Below the pieces are notes generated by a model. The model did no database searches. It worked only from the letters and a program-made list of their open reading frames with translations, and was not told where the DNA came from. The position numbers and the translations under genes are program-made. Shown piece after piece: positions 26,300-34,180 of a stretch of 55,374 nucleotides of DNA; the first letter of the stretch is position 1; the number at the start of each line of letters is the position of its first letter. The stretch comes from Thermoplasmatota archaeon (GTDB taxonomy: Archaea; Thermoplasmatota; E2; JACPAO01; JAHFTW01), in contig JBFIJP010000001.1 of NCBI GenBank assembly GCA_041600695.1, forward strand, positions 1-55,374, read 5' to 3'.

Positions 26300-27454
26300 C
26301 TAGGCTGTGTTCGCCTTGAGGAACGCAAGCGTTCTGACCCACGCGTCGGCGGTTTGGTCGGGGGCCCAGGCGTCGCCGGAGGGGTTGGCGAAGGCATGGC
26401 CGACATCCGGGTAGATGTACATCGCGTTCTCGACGCTGGCGTTGCCGAGGGCGGCCTCAAACTGCCTCACCGCTGCGGGCGGGATCAAGGCGTCGTCCTC
26501 GCCAAAAATGCCCAGGATGGGCCATTCGATGGCTGCCAGACGCGCCTCGTCGGTCACCAGGGAGCCGTAGTAGATGACGGTGGCCGCAAGCGTCTCGCCG
26601 CTGAGCGCCAGTTGCAGGGATTGCCCGCCGCCGAAGCACCAGCCCAGGGAGATGATGCGGTCGGCCCCCGCTGAGCGAAGGTAGGTCGCGGCGGCTTGCA
26701 TGTTGGCATTCGCCTCGTCTTGGTCGAGCGCCTGGACCTGTGCCAGCGCCTCGGCGGGAGTCGCCGCAACGCTTCCATCAAACAGATCGACCGCGACGAC
26801 GGCGTATCCGTGCGTGGCCAGCAGGTGCGCCATGTCGCGGATGTTGTCGGTGAGGCCCCACCACTCGTGGATCATGACCACACCAGCCATCGCGGTCCCC
26901 TCGGCCGGACGGGCGTAGTTCCCAACGATGTCGCCGTGGTAGGCGACGTTCTCCTGGACGACGGCGAACGGTCCCGCGTCGTTGAGCATCTCGGAGTTGC
27001 TGGGCGGATGGCGCACCACGAACCAGACGCCCCCTCGCCCGTCGCCCTTGGCGTCGCCGGGGCTTGTGTCTCCAACGTAATAGTACAGGGGGAGCCCCTT
27101 GTAGGCCAACTGCATCGTCCCGTCGGCGCGCTGGATGACCTCAAGGTCACCAGCCACGACGGGCGGCGCAGGTGGCGCCTCGCTGGCCAAAACAGGAGGC
27201 CAGTTCACGAGGCAAGTGCCCAAACACCTGCTGGTGCCGGCTTCGTCGTCGGTGAACACGTACAACGTCCTGCCTGCGCTGTCGACCAGCACGGTGCCGA
27301 CGCCAGCGATGGATTGGAACTCAAGGGATCGCGCGCCCGTGCCCGCGTCAGCCCCCTCTCCGGGCCCGGGGCCGGGGTCGGCGGGCTCGGTGCAGCCTGC
27401 GAGCGATGCCAGGGCAATGACGAGCAGAGCCAAACGTGCGCCGTGGTTAACCAT
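26300..27454 (-). CDS. Lipoprotein: PF03640-like secreted repeats fused to a dienelactone hydrolase domain
   Basis: Lipobox LASLAGC. GRTLYVFTDD...CLGTCLVNWPP and GLPLYYYVGD...GVWFVV match the 'secreted repeat of unknown function' pattern. The C-terminal DLH has IHEWWGL, GWCFGG (nucleophile elbow) and YPDVGHAF. ATG at 27454; the upstream part of the track ORF is an artefact. Confidence 0.8.
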   Translation of the reverse strand: MVNHGARLALLVIALASLAGCTEPADPGPGPGEGADAGTGARSLEFQSIAGVGTVLVDSAGRTLYVFTDDEAGTSRCLGTCLVNWPPVLASEAPPAPPVVAGDLEVIQRADGTMQLAYKGLPLYYYVGDTSPGDAKGDGRGGVWFVVRHPPSNSEMLNDAGPFAVVQENVAYHGDIVGNYARPAEGTAMAGVVMIHEWWGLTDNIRDMAHLLATHGYAVVAVDLFDGSVAATPAEALAQVQALDQDEANANMQAAATYLRSAGADRIISLGWCFGGGQSLQLALSGETLAATVIYYGSLVTDEARLAAIEWPILGIFGEDDALIPPAAVRQFEAALGNASVENAMYIYPDVGHAFANPSGDAWAPDQTADAWVRTLAFLKANTA

Positions 27455-27962
27455 GACATCGAACACGGAAGGAGCCAGAAAAGACCTCGCCAGCAGGCCG
27501 TGATTTTGGCACGCCGACGGGCATCTCGGCAGGGATGCCCGTTGCATTATCGTCGGTCGCGGATGGGACGGGGCGAGCCCCACAGGCTGCTTCGCATGGA
27601 CATCCAGTGGGCTTTCGACGAGGCGGGCGGTGGTACGCGAAAAGTCCAGATCGCGGCCATCCTGGCCGCCCGGCCGCAGGCGCGGCGGCCCATGAGGGGC
27701 TGACCTTGGACGGCTACGCCGGGTCCGGACGAGATTAGCGGCATTGGCCCGAGTGGCGTCGAGCCACCCCGCGCACGGGGGCGCGGCGAAAAACACGGGC
27801 TCAGGTCCCATGGCTTGACAAGAGCTGGCCCGAGCACGCGGCGACGGCTGGCCCGTCGTGTGCTGCGCGCGGCCGGCCCCCTCAACAATCAATCAAAGTT
27901 CCTGATCAACCCGCTAACGTTATAGATTGGATGATTTTTCAGCCATACAGCCCAGAGGTGCT

Positions 27963-28193
27963 ATGATGTATCGTAAACTTGCAACCGCAACGCTGTGCGC
28001 TTTGGCCCTGGCCATGACACTGACTCCCACGGTCACGGCAGACTACATGGACGGGCAGGGCTGGATCGAGGCCTGCGCCGGCGAAACGAATGTCGTCGAT
28101 CGGGGCTTGTGCGCCGGGAGCGGCAAGCCGCATGAACACTGCGACCATGGCAGCAACGGATTGTACTACTGCGTTCACGTGAACGACGTTTAG
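27963..28193 (+). CDS. Small secreted Cys-rich protein (76 aa)
   Basis: GAGGTG lies 5 nt before the ATG at 27963. Signal peptide MMYRKLATATLCALALAMTLTPTVTA. The mature part has 5 Cys and 4 His. The gene sits in a locally AT-richer patch. Confidence 0.5.
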   Translation: MMYRKLATATLCALALAMTLTPTVTADYMDGQGWIEACAGETNVVDRGLCAGSGKPHEHCDHGSNGLYYCVHVNDV

Positions 28194-28203
28194 CTCGCCC
28201 GAC

Positions 28204-28227
28204 GTGGCGCGGCTACGGCCGCGCCAC
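28204..28227 (+). terminator. Hairpin downstream of the small secreted-protein gene
   Basis: gtggcgcggc (28204-28213) pairs with gccgcgccac (28218-28227) around a 4-nt loop, 11 nt after the stop. A T5 run follows at ~28252. Termination function is not established. Confidence 0.3.
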
Positions 28228-28316
28228 CCCTCTTTCACCCCTTCCACCAACCCATTTTTGCGGCACCGGGCCCGCCATCATCGCTTGACGTTCCCGGCGC
28301 CGGTGCCAGCAGATCC

Positions 28317-28634
28317 TCAACTCACGAGTTCAACGAGAAGGGCTCCGATGGCCGCCAACTCAACGACCCACGGCACGTGCCGTCCTCGGGAGATCACGAT
28401 CGTCATCAGGGCCGTGGCTCCCAGGGCGGCCACCACGGTCGAGCCGATCACTTGCTCGGCGGGGGCGAGGAGCAGCAGGGCGGCGATGGCCCACCAAACG
28501 ATGGTCAGCGCGTGCCAGGCGAACCTGAGCGTCTGCTTGGTGAAGGAATCGTCACTGAACTATTTCGGCAGATCCTGTTTGAACGGCCGGATCAGCACGC
28601 CGAGGTGCACGTCACCGTCACGTGCGTCGTCCAT
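28317..28634 (-). pseudogene. Truncated, stop-containing duplicate of the small membrane-protein gene (paralogue B)
   Basis: The minus-strand frame gives MDDARDGDVHLGVLIRPFKQDLPK*FSDDSFTKQTLRFAWHALTIVWW...ELVS*. There is an in-frame TAG (plus-strand cta at 28560-28562) where copy C has TTG. The N-terminal TM helix is replaced by unrelated sequence. Confidence 0.75.
28326..28595. repeat. Left copy of a ~270-bp direct repeat (partner at 32684-32959)
   Basis: In my manual alignment the two copies differ by about 6 substitutions and one 6-nt indel (gctggc, present only in the right copy). Confidence 0.85.
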
Positions 28635-28744
28635 GAGCCCGTGAACCTTGACTTAAAGGTGCGTCGGTGGACCCCGGTTGGGCGCGAGCCTGTTGCCTGT
28701 TCGCCATCCAAAGGACTTTCATCCTGAATACTTCATCGAAGACC

Positions 28745-31700
28745 ATGTCCCACCAACGGTGCGCGACCAGCAAAGATGTCGGCTCGGTCGTTGTCCGAGT
28801 CCTCGGTGGGCATGACGCGCCGGTCGCCCGGGCGACGTGGCGCCCCGACGGTGCCCGTCTTGCAACCGGCAGCCGGGATGGAACCGCACGCATCTGGGAC
28901 GCGGCGTCCGGGAAGACCCTGCGGGTCCTACTTCGGCACCGAGGATCTGTGAGCACCCCAGCTTGGAGCCCAGATGGTGCCTACCTAGCCACGGGGAGCG
29001 CTGATGGCACCGCGCGCATCTGGCACGCCGGTTCGGGTCGATCCATCCACGTCTTGAGTGGTCACAAGGGCTCGGTAGGCTGGCCGGCTTGGAGCCCGGA
29101 CGGGACACGGCTAGCGACCGGTAGCGATGATGGAACAGCCCGCATTTGGGAAACAGCTTCGGGCAAGGCAATGCATGTCCTAGCCGATCACAAGGGGTGG
29201 GTAGGCTCGCCAACTTGGAGCTCCGACGGCACTCGTGTCGCGACGGGCAGCCGCGATGGTAAGGCACGCATCTGGGACGCATCCTCTGGCAAAGCCATCC
29301 ACCAGCTGTTGGGTCACAGTGGTTGGGCCTACGCACCCACATGGAGTCAGAAACGCAACTATGTCGCCACGGGCAGCCATGACGGCACAGCTCGCGTTTG
29401 GGATGCGGGGTCGGGAAACGTCGTCACGGTCCTTAGCGGCCACAAGGGCTGGGTGGGCTCGCCCAGTTGGAGCCCGGACGGTACGAGGGTGGCCACCGGG
29501 AGCCGCGATGGCACGGCGCGCATATGGGATGCCGCCTCAGGCCAAGCGATGCATGTGCTGACTGGCCACAAGGGATGGGTCGGGTCTCCATCATGGAGTC
29601 CAGATGGCACGTGCGTCGCAACCGGCAGCCGGGATGGTACGGCGCGGATTTGGGACACGGCGTCGGGCAAAGCAATTCACGTGTTGACGGGCCACACGGA
29701 TTGGGTGTATGCACCCACCTGGCACCCCGAGGGCGGTCAGGTCGCAACCGCTAGTCATGACGGAACGGCACGGATCTGGGATCTTGGGCTCGGACGGGAA
29801 CACGTTGATCCGAATAGAATCACGTGCCGCGTAGCCAAGATAGTATTAGTGGGGCACGAACGGGTAGGGAAGACGGGTTTGACGCGGGCCCTGGCGGGCA
29901 TGCCTTTCCAGGAAACCGGCCCGACGCACGGTCGGGACGTCCGCCTTTTTGATGATCGGATTTGCGAGCAATTGGCTACGCTTGCTCCGAACGACGAGCA
30001 GCGGGAAGCGTGGGTCTGGGATCTAGCAGGCCAAGCGGGCTACCGTATCTTTCATCAACAGCACCTTGACGATGCGGCCCTTGGAATCGTTGTTTTCAAC
30101 AACCAAGCAGGGGAGGATCCGTTTCCAGAAGTAGCATACTGGGCACGCGCCCTTGACGCTGCCAACCCAGGACCGCATTTCCGCAAGCTGTTAGTTTCTT
30201 CGCTTGCCGACATCAATGCCCCTCCCATAAACAAGGCGGACCTAGACAGGGCTCTCGATGAATTCGGATTCCAGGAGTTCCTGTCCGTGAGTGCCAAGGA
30301 ACCCTATCGAGCGGATACGCTGCCCGCCTTGGCGCGACGGGTCCGCGACGCAATCGCATGGCACGAACTGCCGAATTGGATACGAGATGGAGTTCTTCTC
30401 CAAGCTGAGGAGTTCCTCGCGTCCAAGCGAGATGGTGGATTAATTCTTGTAAAGGAAGCCACCCTGAGAGATGAGTTCGCCTCTAAGCACGGCGCGCCAA
30501 GTGAAGGTGCGGTTAGGCAGGCCCTGAGCGTTTTGGAACATTCGGGATTGGCCCGGCGACTCAGATTCCGGGATTGGGTGCTATTGCGCGCAGAGGTCCT
30601 CGACGCATACGGCGCTTGGATCGCAAGCGCCGCCCAAGACACGTCGCGTGATGGAGCAGGAACCATTCTCGAGCGCTCGGTGAATGACGCGAAGATACCG
30701 ATGGCCGCCGACCGACCACTGAAGGGTACAGACGCAGAAGATGTCCTGCTGCGGGCGACGGTAAACGATTTGCTAGACCGAGGCGTTGCTCTTCGGCAGG
30801 AGACCGAGGGCGGCGATATGCTCGTCTTCCCGGCCGAATTCAGTCGGCACCTGCCGGCCGAGGCCCCCGCGCTCGAACCCGCGGTTGCTTTCACATTCCA
30901 GGGGGACAAGGCTTCGATACATGCAACCCTAGCAGTGCGGTTGGCCAACGTCCCAATCTACCGAACCCCTTCGCCTCGCTTCTACCACAGCGCAGCGCTG
31001 TTCCAAGCTCCGGATGGGGCCACTTGCGGATTCCGTGTCGGGGAGGCAGACCCGCGTGATCAATCGAGCTGCCGGCTAACTGTAATGTTCAGCAAGGCGG
31101 TAAGATCCCAAACGAAGGCGGCGTTTCTGCGCTACGTGCGCCATCACCTAGACTCGCGAACGGGCCAAGAGCCCGCGGCAGCCGAAAGAATCTACGAGCA
31201 CTGCGACGAGAGGATATCGCCTCGCGTTGTGGCGAAGATCAGACGTCGGGGTCGCAATACCGTTCGCTGCCAGATTTGCGAGGCGACCTTATGCCTCGAT
31301 GATCTTGCTGGTGATATCGGACCGCTGGATACGAAAGGCGCGGCGCAATGGCGCGCTTCTGGAGAGGAGCAGGCTCGTCAAGCCCGGAAGACACTCGCCC
31401 CGGAGCGGATGGCTGCAGAGGAATTCGACTTGTTCCTCTGTCATAATAGCGCAGACAAATCTCAAGTCCAAGACATACAACGCCGACTTTTCGATCACGG
31501 TATTGTGTCATGGCTCGACAAGGAGCAGATCCTGAAAGGACGGCAATTTATTCCCATACTAGAACAAGCAATAGATCGCACCCCGAACGTCGCTGTGGTC
31601 GTCGGACCAGAGGGGCTGGGGCGTTGGCAGGAACAGGAATACTACGCATTCTTGCAGTTGTATGTCGAAGGACGTGATGACACGGATAAGAAACGGGTAC

Positions 31701-31876
31701 GAATATTCCCGATCCTGCTTCCGGGCGTTGAACGGAAACCGCATCTCCCAACCTTTCTCAAGGCATTCCATTGGGTTGATTTGCGCCGGAAGGGTGTTGA
31801 TGGTGACGCCGAAATCGGCGAATTCGCGCGTGCCATATTGCAGACCAATTCCCCGGACGACCCAGACCGGTTGTGA
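28745..31876 (+). CDS. Multidomain WD40 (x8) / Roc-type small GTPase / COR-like / TIR protein (1043 aa)
   Basis: aa 17-346: eight ~42-aa WD repeats (GH.G.V....WSPDGT..ATGS.DGTARIWD). aa ~364-525: P-loop KIVLVGHERVGKTGL, WDLAGQ (DxxGQ), LLVSSLAD (degenerate NKxD) and SVSAK. aa ~540-800: COR-like region. aa ~893-1030: TIR-like FDLFLCHNSADK...IVSWLD...VVVVGPEGLGRWQEQEY...RIFPILL. ATG at 28745. Confidence 0.85.
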   Translation: MSHQRCATSKDVGSVVVRVLGGHDAPVARATWRPDGARLATGSRDGTARIWDAASGKTLRVLLRHRGSVSTPAWSPDGAYLATGSADGTARIWHAGSGRSIHVLSGHKGSVGWPAWSPDGTRLATGSDDGTARIWETASGKAMHVLADHKGWVGSPTWSSDGTRVATGSRDGKARIWDASSGKAIHQLLGHSGWAYAPTWSQKRNYVATGSHDGTARVWDAGSGNVVTVLSGHKGWVGSPSWSPDGTRVATGSRDGTARIWDAASGQAMHVLTGHKGWVGSPSWSPDGTCVATGSRDGTARIWDTASGKAIHVLTGHTDWVYAPTWHPEGGQVATASHDGTARIWDLGLGREHVDPNRITCRVAKIVLVGHERVGKTGLTRALAGMPFQETGPTHGRDVRLFDDRICEQLATLAPNDEQREAWVWDLAGQAGYRIFHQQHLDDAALGIVVFNNQAGEDPFPEVAYWARALDAANPGPHFRKLLVSSLADINAPPINKADLDRALDEFGFQEFLSVSAKEPYRADTLPALARRVRDAIAWHELPNWIRDGVLLQAEEFLASKRDGGLILVKEATLRDEFASKHGAPSEGAVRQALSVLEHSGLARRLRFRDWVLLRAEVLDAYGAWIASAAQDTSRDGAGTILERSVNDAKIPMAADRPLKGTDAEDVLLRATVNDLLDRGVALRQETEGGDMLVFPAEFSRHLPAEAPALEPAVAFTFQGDKASIHATLAVRLANVPIYRTPSPRFYHSAALFQAPDGATCGFRVGEADPRDQSSCRLTVMFSKAVRSQTKAAFLRYVRHHLDSRTGQEPAAAERIYEHCDERISPRVVAKIRRRGRNTVRCQICEATLCLDDLAGDIGPLDTKGAAQWRASGEEQARQARKTLAPERMAAEEFDLFLCHNSADKSQVQDIQRRLFDHGIVSWLDKEQILKGRQFIPILEQAIDRTPNVAVVVGPEGLGRWQEQEYYAFLQLYVEGRDDTDKKRVRIFPILLPGVERKPHLPTFLKAFHWVDLRRKGVDGDAEIGEFARAILQTNSPDDPDRL

Positions 31877-32656
31877 GGCCCTCTGTGCCGGAGCAACAAC
31901 CAAGCGAGACAGCACTTGGAGTCCGCAATCTGATCGATTCTAACAATATGAATTCAGGAATGATGCCACCAAGGCAATATAAAAACTAACTTGGTGTAAC
32001 CCTGGCCACGGATTCAGCCATGCCGGCGGCCGATTGCAGGCGATGCCGTAAAGCCACCGGCGCTTTGCCGTGAACCCGAGGATCTGATCTGGAACGCCGT
32101 TACGCAAGCCCATCAACTTTAGTCAAGAAGCTATGAGAAAAACATCTGGCATTGGTGCCTTTACGGCGCTAAAAGCAAGGCAACTTTTGCATCCACCTGA
32201 TGAGCATATAGGCTCGGACTCACATTCGACTTTCATCCGAGCCACCCCATCAGCTACTCCGACGACACGAAATGCCCGACGCCATGGTGGCCGTGACGAA
32301 TGCGGAAGTCACGGATAGCTGGGGCCACGCCATTCTCCGGGGAGGGGTACCATCAGGCGGCGTCCATGTCGTCGTAGAGGAGGTCACAGAGCGCAAGCCA
32401 TCTCCCATGGAGGGTGCGTGATGACCGATCATTCGCAGCTTGAGACGACAAGGACAAGGTGACTTTGATGCTCATGAAGGGCGTTTCGGCCGGCGTGTTC
32501 AACGGCACGTTGGAAGGCAATGCCAGGCGGGCGATCGATGTGTCCAGCGGGCCAAGATTGATGCTCCTCCAGTAAGCGCCCTCGTGTGGGCGGCGGCAGT
32601 CCAAGTTTCAATCCGCTTATCGCGCGGCTTGGCCTCGGCTTCGAGTTGAGCACGAG

Positions 32657-32678
32657 GCCGGGCCGGGCCCGGCCCGGC
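32657..32678. repeat. 22-nt perfect GC palindrome at the right edge of the insert
   Basis: gccgggccgggcccggcccggc is its own reverse complement. It abuts (1-nt overlap) the stop codon of the intact membrane-protein gene. Confidence 0.8.
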
Positions 32679-33007
32679 TAAATGAGTTCAACGAGAAGGG
32701 CTCCGATGGCCGCCAACTCAACGACCCACGACACGTGCCGTCCTCGGGAGATCACGATCGTCACCAGCGCCGTGGCTCCCAGGGCCGCCACCACGGTCGA
32801 GCCGATCACTTGCTCGGCGCTGGCGGGGGCGAGGAGCAGCAGGGCGGCGATGGCCCACCAAACGATGGTCAGCGCGTGCCGGGCGAACCTGAGCGTCTGC
32901 TTGGTGAAGGAATCGTCACTGAACAATTTCGGCAGATCCTGTTTGAACGGCCGGATCAGGATGTACTTCTCGCCGAGGACAGAGTGGGCAAGCGCGAGGG
33001 CGATCAT
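32678..33007 (-). CDS. Small membrane protein (local paralogue C, intact)
   Basis: 109 aa from the ATG at 33007 (MIALALAHSVLGEKYILIRPFKQDLPKLFSDDSFTKQTLRF...). The longer track ORF (to 33205) would overlap the aldolase 3' end and is Arg-rich. Confidence 0.65.
   Translation of the reverse strand: MIALALAHSVLGEKYILIRPFKQDLPKLFSDDSFTKQTLRFARHALTIVWWAIAALLLLAPASAEQVIGSTVVAALGATALVTIVISRGRHVSWVVELAAIGALLVELI
32684..32959. repeat. Right copy of the ~270-bp direct repeat (partner at 28326-28595)
   Basis: See the left copy. This copy lies inside the intact gene 32678-33007. Confidence 0.85.
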
Positions 33008-33045
33008 CAGGACCGCTGCCGCGACGCCAAACCCTACTGTGAGGC

Positions 33046-34080
33046 CTACGCCGCGACGAACTTCTTGCCGAGCGCGGCGGCGCGGTTGGCGTCGCAGCGC
33101 TCCCGGAGGGCCGCCTGCGCGGCCGGGTTGTTGGCGTTGTTGCCGGCCCACGCCGTGAGGGCGGGTTGCTGTAGGGCTCGGCCGTAGCTGAAGCTGAGCT
33201 TCCACGGGAACGTGTAGTGCTCGTTCATGAGGCGCAGGTGCTCCGTGGCCTCCTCGGGGCTCTGGCCGCCGGACAGGAAGACGACGCCGGGGACACTCGC
33301 GGGCACGCAGTCAAGCAGAGCGAGCGCGGTGCGCTCGGCGACCTCCTCGGGGCCGGCGCGGTCGGGGGCGTCCTTGCCGCTGATGATCATGCTGGGCTTG
33401 AGCAGGATGCCCGGCAGGTGCACGCCGGCGTCCTTGAGGGCCCCGAAGAGCATGTCCCACGCGGCGCGGGTGATCTCCTCGCAGACATCGATGTCGTGGT
33501 CGCCGTCCATGAGGACCTCGGGCTCCACGATGGGGACGATGCCGGCCTCCTGGCACAACGCGGCGTAGCGGGCCAGGCCGTGGCTGTTGCCCACCAGGCA
33601 TGCGTTGCTGGGCATGCCCTCGCCGATGGTGATGACGGCGCGCCACTTGGCGAACTTGGCACCCATTTCGGCGTACTCAGCTAGGCGCTCGCGCAGGCCG
33701 TCGAGTCCTTCGGTGATCTTCTCGCCGGGGTGGTTGGCCAGCGGGTGAGCCCCGGTGTCAACCTTGATGCCGGGGAAGACGCCCTTGCCAGCCAGCAGTT
33801 CGCGCAGCGGCTGGCCGCTGGCGCTGTCCTGGCGCAGAGTTTCATCGAACAGGATGACGCCGCCGATGGAGTCCTCGATGCCCGGCGTGTCGAACAGCAT
33901 CTGGCGGTAGTCGCGGCGGGTGGTTTCGGTTGACTCCACGCCGATGCTGTTGAAGCGCTTGGTGCAGGTGGGGGTCGATTCGTCAGCGGCGAGGATTCCC
34001 TTGCCGTCGGCCACGATCGTCTGGGCGATCTCCTCCAGGAGCTGCCGGTCCATGGCGCCGGCCACACAGGTTTTGGGCAT
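33046..34080 (-). CDS. Class I fructose-1,6-bisphosphate aldolase (PF00274 'glycolytic' type)
   Basis: GKGILAADES, GVILFDETL, PGIKVD, KWRAV, VEPEVL, LLKPSM (Schiff-base Lys region), VVFLSGGQS and SFSYGRALQ. Start at 34080 (MPKTCVAG...) or 34053 (MDRQ...). Confidence 0.85.
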   Translation of the reverse strand: MPKTCVAGAMDRQLLEEIAQTIVADGKGILAADESTPTCTKRFNSIGVESTETTRRDYRQMLFDTPGIEDSIGGVILFDETLRQDSASGQPLRELLAGKGVFPGIKVDTGAHPLANHPGEKITEGLDGLRERLAEYAEMGAKFAKWRAVITIGEGMPSNACLVGNSHGLARYAALCQEAGIVPIVEPEVLMDGDHDIDVCEEITRAAWDMLFGALKDAGVHLPGILLKPSMIISGKDAPDRAGPEEVAERTALALLDCVPASVPGVVFLSGGQSPEEATEHLRLMNEHYTFPWKLSFSYGRALQQPALTAWAGNNANNPAAQAALRERCDANRAAALGKKFVAA

Positions 34081-34087
34081 AACGGCT

Positions 34088-34140
34088 GCGGTGTTGGTGA
34101 CCCGGCGGTGTTCGGCGGTGTTCGGCGGTGTTTGGCGCTG
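34088..34140. repeat. 10-bp tandem repeat (cggcggtgtt x3 plus degenerate flanks) just upstream of the aldolase start
   Basis: Exact copies at 34103-34112, 34113-34122 and 34123-34132, with partial copies on both sides. Confidence 0.7.
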
Positions 34141-34180
34141 GCCGACCCTCGGCGCGCCCCCCCGGTCCAGTTGGGTCTGG

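Noticed and set aside
28793-29782. Strong ~126-bp periodic DNA repetition might be a non-coding repeat or a mobile element.
   Set aside because: It is the coding periodicity of eight WD40 blades within one continuous ORF.
32353-32604. An 83-aa minus-strand ORF in the insert tail might be a recombinase or toxin relic.
   Set aside because: It carries no recognisable motif and has no SD. A neighbouring-frame ORF overlaps it. It needs blastx and is not callable by eye.
28317-33007. Expected an integrase or transposase within the repeat-bracketed insert.
   Set aside because: None is present. The only transposase-like sequence in the window is the relic at 51699-52049, 19 kb away.
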